Positions 55,650 to 64,000 of a stretch of 64,000 bases of DNA are shown here, piece by piece. This DNA comes from Octopus sinensis. Lineage: Eukaryota. Both the position numbers and the translations under genes were made by a program. The notes under the pieces are model-generated. The model saw only the letters and a program-made list of their open reading frames with translations. It was not told where the DNA came from and did no database searches. Location of the stretch: positions 28,830,001-28,894,000 of the forward strand of contig NC_042997.1 in assembly GCF_006345805.1 (NCBI RefSeq). The letters are read 5' to 3'. Each line of letters starts with the position of its first letter. Within the stretch, counting starts at the first letter, position 1.

Positions 55650-56278
55650 AATATTGACGAAGGCATAATAAAAAAAGGTTTCTATTATTTCTTAGAATAC
55701 AAACATTCTTTTGCTCCACAGAGACATGTTTTGGTTAAGTGTTGAAAAATTCGGAATGTAAGAAGGCAAAACTGTTACAATTTGGATAGATCTTCTCTAC
55801 GAGAAATATTTCGATACAATTACACTTAGGCACGCGCATACAAGCATACAGATACATTCAGGCATGTGTTTATTTGCGAATGTCTATTTTATTGACAGTG
55901 ATAGTAATTCGGTAAAATATTCTCTCTTTAAGCTGTTTACATACATTTCCATGCGTAGTTGTATCTCATAATTCATGAATTATCAGAATTAGCATTGTAA
56001 GAGCAACAATCCATGTCATAGCTATATCTAAACAGATAAATAAGGAAACCAAGAGGAAAATTAGGAGAAATGGAAACCGAACAGTGAAGTCAAAATCTAT
56101 ACATTACAATCTTAACATTTTTAGTGACATTTTGCTTAAATGTCCCCAGATTTTATGTGTACGGAAATACCTAGCAGCCATATACATGCATACACTGATA
56201 TCTGTCCTTATGTGCGCACAATAATACAAATCTCAAATCTATCTAACACCAATTCCATCCTCTCTCCTCTCTCTCTTT

Positions 56279-56319
<41 letters not shown>

Positions 56320-56324
<5 letters not shown>

Positions 56325-56622
56325 ATCACGTGACCGACCAGACCATCAGATGTTGTTACACATCGCTGGTCACAGTGCGTTCGCATTGTTTTAGCCTTCG
56401 AATGACGCCACCCCGCTGGCTAAGCGAGCAGGCCAACAGAAGAAATAGTGGGAGAAAGAGTGGTGAAAGAGTACAGCAGGAATCACCACCCCCTACCGGA
56501 GCCTTGTGTAGCTTTTTAGGTGTTTTCGCTCAAGAAACACTCACAAGGCCCGGCCTTGGAATCGAAACCCCGATCCTACGACTGCGAGTCCGCTGCCCCA
56601 ACCACTGGGCCATTGCGCCTCC

Positions 56623-56623
<1 letters not shown>
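56320..56623 (-). mobile_element. tRNA-derived SINE family D inserted in (TA)n
   Basis: Minus strand tggaggcgcaatggcccagtggttggggcagcggactcgcag...gtttcgattcc (A and B boxes); tail (cacgtgat)n. Confidence 0.85.
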
Positions 56624-56661
<38 letters not shown>

Positions 56662-56670
56662 ATATTATAT

Positions 56671-56735
<65 letters not shown>

Positions 56736-56825
56736 TATATATAGTGAGAGAGAGTGGGGAACGAACAAGATATATAAATAGATAGAGATAGAGATAGATA
56801 CACAGACAGATACAGAGAGATAATA

Positions 56826-57010
56826 GCAACTATTCCTCCGAGGCATGCCCCTATAAGGCCGGTTTCCCGAATTCGGGTGCGTAAATATTCCATCATGCTG
56901 CACAGGACGATGGTCCACTTATTGCCAGATGTGTGAATTGGAGCAACGTAAAATTAAACACGTGCCCGAAATCGAAACAACAATCTCACGATCTTACGAT
57001 GAGCGTCATA
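56826..57010 (-). mobile_element. Diverged CORE-like SINE remnant
   Basis: gaattggagcaacgtaaaattaaac...cgatcttacgatgag resembles the reverse complement of the family B head. Confidence 0.55.
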
Positions 57011-57089
57011 CATATAAACTATGTGCCTCTGTCTGTCATTCTCTCCCTCTCTCTCTCTTTCTCTGCTAATATATATATATATATATATA

Positions 57090-57365
57090 TGATAAATATC
57101 AGAGTGAGTTATCAACAGTAGCAGAAGCACATCGTGATGTAAATATGCCATTTGAATATGGCTAACCCCTAAGGGTGGATGCTACTGTAGTTTTTAGCCC
57201 CAGGAAGACGTCTCCTCCAGCTGGCTATAGACACACTTTCTGTACCCTATCAGTATTTGCAAAGGGAAGCCATTCTTCCCGTCTTCAACTTATGATACAC
57301 ACGGACCCGAGTTTCAAGGTATTGACCTATCATCAGCGTGTGACAATCACAGCTGTCGATAGGAA
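57090..57365 (-). mobile_element. Single-arm relative of the 35071 fold-back element (pLTR-like), retaining the complete hammerhead
   Basis: aatatggctaacccctaagggtggatgctactgtag...tttgcaaaggg...tgatacacacggaccc aligns to 35136-35288. Confidence 0.8.
57298..57342 (-). ncRNA. Minimal type-I hammerhead ribozyme (canonical core, GUC site)
   Basis: CACACG-CUGAUGA-U-AGGU(CAAU)ACCU-U-GAAA-CUCGG-GUC^CGUGUG; 6-bp stem I; self-complementary stem III ACUCGGGU. Confidence 0.85.
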
Positions 57366-57440
57366 GGAGGTTCTCTTCCAAATACATATACTTTTTCCAG
57401 TGTTCAGTGACACTGATATTGAAAAAGTGAAATCAACCAA

Positions 57441-57474
<34 letters not shown>

Positions 57475-57849
57475 ATATATATATATATATATACATATGT
57501 ATGTATTTATGAATGTATGTGTGTGCGTGCGATTTGAGTGTTTGCGCGCGTGTGTGTAAGGTAAAAGTAAGTGAAAAGCTAAAGAATAATAACGAACAAC
57601 TTTATAAATATATAACAATCGGTAACAAATTTGAAATATTTTTGTTACACACACGTAAACAACTCATTCATACAAAATTCTTAATATTAACTTTAGATTT
57701 AATATCTAAATTTCCCTATCGCGTGCAGGTTTTGTGTAAATGAACACCGCTATTTTTCTTCCTTTTTTTCACCCGCTTGTATTACGAAAGCTGTCTAAGC
57801 TACTTTCTCGCGCTACGTTTTATGTTAAGCATAGGTAAATAATAAATGA

Positions 57850-58700
57850 ACAAGTACGTTTTTTTCTATTTTCTCCGGCTGGCGGAGTTACCACCCCTGT
57901 GAACCACCATCTACTCAAGCGCTTTAGTATTCTGTTGTTACTACGGAGAGGTAACTTCTTGTACTTCTGTGAAACGTTGGTGTTTCCTCTTCCTTTATAG
58001 CTTGTAGGACGACGAGCTCTCCTTCTGCATGAATCAACAACAATATCCAATTACATTTGGGTTGAAATTACCTTAGTATCTTGTTTCCCTAATTGTAATC
58101 TGTTGGTGAGATAGCTCACCATGCTCATCAGTCACAGCCCCATGTTTGACCGGGAAGAAGTCAAGATGGAAAGTAAAAAAATGTATTTTGAACGATAATC
58201 TACATTCCATCGTTTCCTAAGGCATGTTTACTACGATTTCCCTGTGAATTTCAGCTCTGTTGTTTCAAAGAAAATGTTTGACAACTTCAACAAAAGATCT
58301 CTATACACCTAGTTCATTCTCATTTAGATTAGACAGAAACGATGTGTCATGGAGGACACTGGGGATCTGTGGCCCAATGGAAACTCTAGGTTCGTAACCT
58401 AGCATCTGTCGTTATGCCTTTGAATTTATCCTTTAAATATAAGTTTCATTAATGCCAGGGGCATGCGCTACAAGTATTAAAGGTCGGCATTGCCGTTGTA
58501 CAGTAATACTGATTTAAGGCTAGCTTTACTAGAGTCCATGAACAATTTCCATTCTTTTGGATCATAGCAAAAAACAATCCTTTCCATCAGACTACTGATA
58601 TCATCTTGACTTCTTCCCATATAAGTTATCCTTCCCTATTTCTATATCACTAGCAGAATTTTCAGATGAACTACTACCTTCAACAACTGCTCTACTTGTC
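57850..58700 (-). mobile_element. Possible piggyBac transposase fossil
   Basis: Minus-strand relics in the expected order: MP*ETM / RKRW region, VTDEH (cf. TVDEQ), SRWWFTG (cf. DNWFTS). Confidence 0.3.
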
Positions 58701-60514
58701 TGTCACATAGCATTTGATCATAAGGCCGTTATGATGTTCAACTCGGAAAAAAGTTTTATTGAACAAAATCTTTAGAATTTGTATATAGCTGGCAAACAAA
58801 ACTTGCTTTAAGCTTCAAAATCAAGTTTCATATTACTACCATTAAGACGATTAAAATCAAATCTGAACATGGTAGGAAATTTTACTCAGTGATGTGACAG
58901 AAATATATAATTATAGATTTGAAATCAGCATAGTGAAAGTATTTAAGAGCACTTATTTGGTCTTCTATAACAAAATATTTGTTGCCTAGTGTAAATCAAA
59001 CATACTCTCATTTGACAACACTCGTGTATAGCTATGTACATATTATGGGTATTCGTGTTAAAATACGTATTTATTCTCGTTTGCGACGTGTGAAACAACA
59101 ACTTGTCGATTATTTTCTGACAGAAATTTACATTTTCGGAATATTTCAGTATCGAGTTTTCCAATCAAATAAGAACACGCATTATTCGGCGTTGCGATAC
59201 CTAATTTGCCGTATCAGATATTTCAATTGATGAAAGACTATTTAATTCTTTTAACTCATCGGAAAATAAGATATCCTTTCTTTGCATGTATGACTTAGTA
59301 TATTCTGCGTGTTCAGAAATATTATGATGAGCATCCTATTGATTGAAATCAGGAAGAATACTATATTTCATACACGTGCGATATTAATCTACAACTAAAT
59401 TTCAAATATTTTAATGTTTTTTAATGTAAGCCAGTAGTCATTGTGCTAGTGAATATCATATCACAAATTTACGACGATACCTTCAATCATATTTAATTGT
59501 TTTAATGTTATATCAGCTTATTATTTCATGTATATAACGGATTGCATATTTAAATTCAGCAAAGTGTTCGTTCAATTACATGGTATAAATAGATTGCCAT
59601 TATCTGGCAGGAAAAAACGAACAAGGCATTCTAATTAAAAAGCTATAAAGTAATTGTTAATATTTGTATAATATGCTTGTGGTAGTATTCCCTATACGAG
59701 GTAAATTCTTTTTCCGCCTCTGGTACAATTTGTCAAACGTACGAGTGAATATATATTTCTCACATGATCTGATGTGAGTGAATTGTGTATTATGTGCCGG
59801 ACGTCGAGGCAACTATCCTAGAAAATGTGAAATCGACGCTATATATATTAATGCTGGAGTAACTGGTATGACACCTCACTGCTCTACAAAATGCGTTCTT
59901 GGTTGTCCCATTTGTGTTAGTTTCTTTATTAGGAATCCAATGCTTGTTATGAAAGTGAGGCATTGCTCCAATTTTTTTCTATGATCTTTTGTATACAACA
60001 GCATGACAATCACTTCTTGGATTTATTTGGCTGTCGAAATTTATTGCTGTACCAGATCACATATATCAGCAATGGAATGGGGAGCTGTCCACAGTATCTA
60101 TAATACAAAACTAAATTCTCTGTGTCAAGGTCATTTTAAACCATAAAGGCTATGTGATAAATCTCAACATAAATGCGTTCGTATGTTGCAAAAACAGTGT
60201 CAATTTTCATTGCTATTTCCAAGTAAATGTATTTCAATAAACAAACATTACTTCGTAATTATGTATATGATGCGACACTATTCTCGCTCATAAAATCAGT
60301 CACGAAATTATAGATCACTAATTGCAGTGTTTTGCAAATTATGTAATCAAACAGTCTTTTTATTTCAAAGCATAACTGCCTGATAACGTAGCAATTTCTA
60401 TGTCCACTAAATAAAATGTCCCTTGCAAATTCAAAACAAAATACGTAAGCACTTTAATTACATAATTACATAAAGTTTCCGAAAGAGTAAAGATATTTGA
60501 GCAATTATAATGTA

Positions 60515-61113
60515 CGAGGGTGAGTCATAAAGTGATGCCATTTAGTTTAGGATAGCTATAATTACGAACACAGGCGCATGTATCATACATCGAAATGAAG
60601 CTGATCCTCTGAGAGTCACATCCCTACAACTCAACATAGTCGCCGTTTCTCTCAATAGCAATGATCCACCTTCAAATGAGAGAATGTATCCCGGCCCCGT
60701 AAATTCTATAGACTGTTCTTTGAGCCACGTCTTCAGTACAGTTTTCACTTCCTCGTCACTGGACTATCATCGTCACTGGACTATCATCGTCACTGGACTA
60801 TCATCGTCACTGGACTATTATCTCTTCGGCCACAGGAAACAGAGTTTCAGAGGCAAACGTTATTCCATTGACGAGGAAGTGAAAACTGTAGTGAAGAAGT
60901 GGCTCAAAGAATAGTCAGCAGAATTATCCGGGGCAGGGTTACATGCTCTCATTCGAAGGTGGAACATTGCTATTGAGAGAAACGGTGACTATGTTGAAAA
61001 GCAGGGGTGTAATCCATAGAGGGCCAGTTTCATTTTGATGTATGATACATGTTCCTGTGTTGGTAATTATACCTGTCCTAAACAAAATGGCATTACCTTT
61101 TGACTCAACCTCG
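60515..61113. mobile_element. mariner-derived fold-back MITE made of two inverted 3' ends
   Basis: ta|cgagggtgagtca...tgactcaacctcg|ta; about 240-bp inverted arms carrying the transposase C-terminus (DYYLFG, RGKRYSIDEEVKTVVKKWL, RWNIAIERNGDYVEK); four 17-bp repeats at 60753-60820. Confidence 0.9.
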
Positions 61114-63821
61114 TATATAGTTATCAATAAAACTAAACATTGTAATTAATAGATACATAAAAAAAATTAATTCATTTGAAATTTACCGTTAGTTTTAAAA
61201 TCAATAGTCTTTTAATTTTACAAGAAAAAAACTTTTATTAGAGAACAAGTTATTTTGCATATGCATAATAATTCATTCCAAGTTTATGCATAAAGTTTAT
61301 CATATTTAATATGCTACTTGCAAAAGCAGAGATAGTTCATCAGCCTTTAATATATCAAACAGATGCTAATTTATATCTAATCACCTTTTTATCCGGAATG
61401 GAGGAAACTCTTTTGTTGGTATGATTTAAACTAATACTTGATTGCAACTTTCCATTTAAATAAGGAATCCATTTGATTAAGTATTCCTTAAATTATTCAG
61501 TTGATGCATGTTGGTTTCGTTTCGGGTGAAATAAGCCAACTAAGTGTTTTGCATACACATGCTGATAAACAGTTAACTTTATCACATCATACTCTTGAGC
61601 ACACGCATCTTGATTGGTTAAAAATATGCTCTCTTCCAATTATACCTCATTAAAAGGAAAGAAAGTTATATCATAAAAACATTGACAATTAGAAACTGAA
61701 ACTGACGCTGAGTTCCAAATAATTGATCATTTTTTATTTTAATTGTGAAGAAATGCTGAAATCGCACGGAAGATTTATATCCTACAAAAATACATAAATA
61801 AATATATTTCCTTCTCCAAATGGACAGGTAATTCACTATGAAATCTGTGAGCGAGTGTTTGTATTTATAGAATTTACACGATATAATTTTTGTTCAAGAT
61901 AAAAAAAAACAATTTTAGATCTATATACGCCATCGATAGTGTTTAATATAAACAATATTGATGGTGTATATCGATCTAGAATTGTTTCTTTCAAAGAGCA
62001 ATGGATCCTTGCGGTAAACAGACTTCATGCACACTAAATGCATTGCTTCATCTCCATACGGCCTTCAATATTCCAGTTTAGTGATTAATATAATATCCAA
62101 TATGTTGATACGTAGAACGGAAGGGTCTCTTTCTTTTTGTCTATTGTTGTTTTACGACGGTATGCAAAAATAAGAGTATCAAAGTTTTTTTCCCTGCCAA
62201 ATCGAGACCATTTTAATTTCTGACTCTACTTAACTAGGAATAGATTGACAATTAAATTCCTATAGATATTTTGATTTACACAAAGAAAAACAAGATGACA
62301 GATGCCTAAATATACGAACTACTGCTTTATAATCGTACATGTTGAATAAAGAATTGAAAAGAACTTATATGATATACTTCCATTGAGATACTTCGTATAA
62401 CATCCACCATCTTAATAGTAGTTAGGTCTGAGTTTAGGTGTAATACGTCCTTAAATGTCACCACCAAATAGCAGAGTAGTGTAGTATTAATTTTACATCA
62501 CTTGATTTCTAATGGAAATTCGGTAATTTAATACTTCATTATAGAATTGTAGTGAATTATTATTTCGATTAAAGCGCAAAGTGGTAGACAAGGTCAGAAA
62601 AAGAAAACGATATATGCACAACTGAAGAATGGTAACCTGCGCAAAAAATATAAATGGGAGTACCCAAGATTCTGCCGCTTCACGCAAAGTTAATAAAGAT
62701 ATTTCATGTATATATACACGTCTCTACGGTGTGGAATGCGAGCGTATGTGTTGCCTTTTAAAATAAAAAATGGAAACCTACTCATACCTTATTCTCTCAC
62801 ATAGTTTTTCCTTATTGTAACACATAAAAAAATCTCCATCTCGTATCAGCCTTCTCCAAATAGAAAGCATTATTGCAGTTTTGGAATTGTCATTCTTAGA
62901 TGTAACGTATGGAGGCTACATATTCCATTAATTATTTTCTTGGCTGTTATATATCGCAAGGTTTTATTACTCTAGTTCATTTCCCTATATAATTTTTAAC
63001 TGCGTTTTTGATACACTATACATAATATATAAAGTCATAAATCTCTATATGAAAGATAAAGTTCATACAGTTGGTGTATAAATCTTTTCGGTGATTCTCC
63101 AGTTGCCTGCCAGTACGTTAGTGGGAGAGTAAAATATATTAGGCAAAATAATTCCTCCGCTATATCACACCTAAGCTATAAATGAAATACGTAGAGTGAA
63201 TATGGGAAGGAAATATGAGAGACACATATTTATTTGCCACAAAATTTTTTAAAGTAAAGTCAATGTAAAAATCAGAAAATATGAACCTCGCGTGAATTTA
63301 AGTACAAAAAAGTTGTATTAGAGCAAATTTTTTATAATGTTCATAAGGTAAAGACTTGTTTATTGAGACAGTGCCATTAATTTTGACTGAGTATTTTGTC
63401 GCATTTTGGATATTTCTTTATATGTCAAGATTCATTTCACGAAACATTAGAGTAATTGAATAGTTACCTTGATTTATACATCAGCATCAAGCCGTGCAAA
63501 CTGAGAATAAATTGCGCGAGAGTTTCACTGACGTGTCAGAGAAAAGAAAAGAGAAATAGATCGTCGGTATATGAAAATAAAGATTTAACATGCTTTGAAA
63601 ATACAGACATCCCCATTTGAAATGATATTATTGATGCCCTGCGACGAAATACATAACTTCATCGTAATGATGATACATACAGAATAGATCATTATAATTA
63701 AGCAGCAAATAATTTTTATTTCAATATATTTACTTTTCATTTCATTGAACAACACACATAATATATATCTTGCATTAGGGTGGTTTCACATATTTATCAT
63801 ACCGATGAATATTTATCATAT

Positions 63822-64000
63822 CAGTAGTTAGAGCGTCGAGCTTACGATCGTGAGGTCCTGAGCTCGATTCCCGGACCGGACTGCGTGTTGTGTTTTTGAG
63901 CAAGACACTATATTTCACGTTACTCTAGTTGACTGAGCTGTACGAGTTGCGACATCATTGATGCCAAGCTGTATCGGCCTTTGCCTTTCCTTTGGATAAC
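63822..64000 (+). mobile_element. CORE-like tRNA SINE (family B-related), cut by the window end
   Basis: cagtagttagagcgtcg...gctcgattcccggaccg...tgtttttgagcaagacact. Confidence 0.8.

Noticed and set aside
60753-60820. Four 17-bp direct repeats as a CRISPR-like array
   Set aside because: No spacers, no cas genes, eukaryotic context, and the repeats lie inside a mariner MITE.

Overview
AT-rich eukaryotic intergenic or intronic DNA, dense in (TA)n, (CA)n, (TACA)n and (GATA)n microsatellites and tRNA-headed SINEs. The repeat landscape resembles an octopus/cephalopod genome (inference from recalled repeat families, not verified). I see no intact protein-coding gene, and nearly all listed ORFs are microsatellite or repeat artefacts. 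Recognisable mobile elements: mariner, Tc1, maT-like, pogo-like and piggyBac-like fossils, a 2.87-kb Chapaev3-like transposon, a CR1-group LINE 3' fragment, a Penelope (GIY-YIG) 3' fragment, a non-autonomous Helitron, MITEs and several SINE families. The main finding is a set of minimal type-I hammerhead ribozyme (HHR) motifs with three different pairs at catalytic positions 3/8: C3-G8 at 24.2-24.4 kb and 57.3 kb, U3-A8 at 26.3-26.5 kb and 43.5 kb, and G3-C8 at 36.5 kb. Three unrelated ORF-less 350-430 bp elements share a 'tail + arm + inverted arm' fold-back architecture, and two have clear target-site duplications (TSDs). Other points of interest: a decayed RPP38/L7Ae-like pseudogene, a CpG-rich structured duplicated island at 44.3 kb, and multimeric SINE arrays with a conserved junction. 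All calls were made by eye; no searches or folding programs were run.
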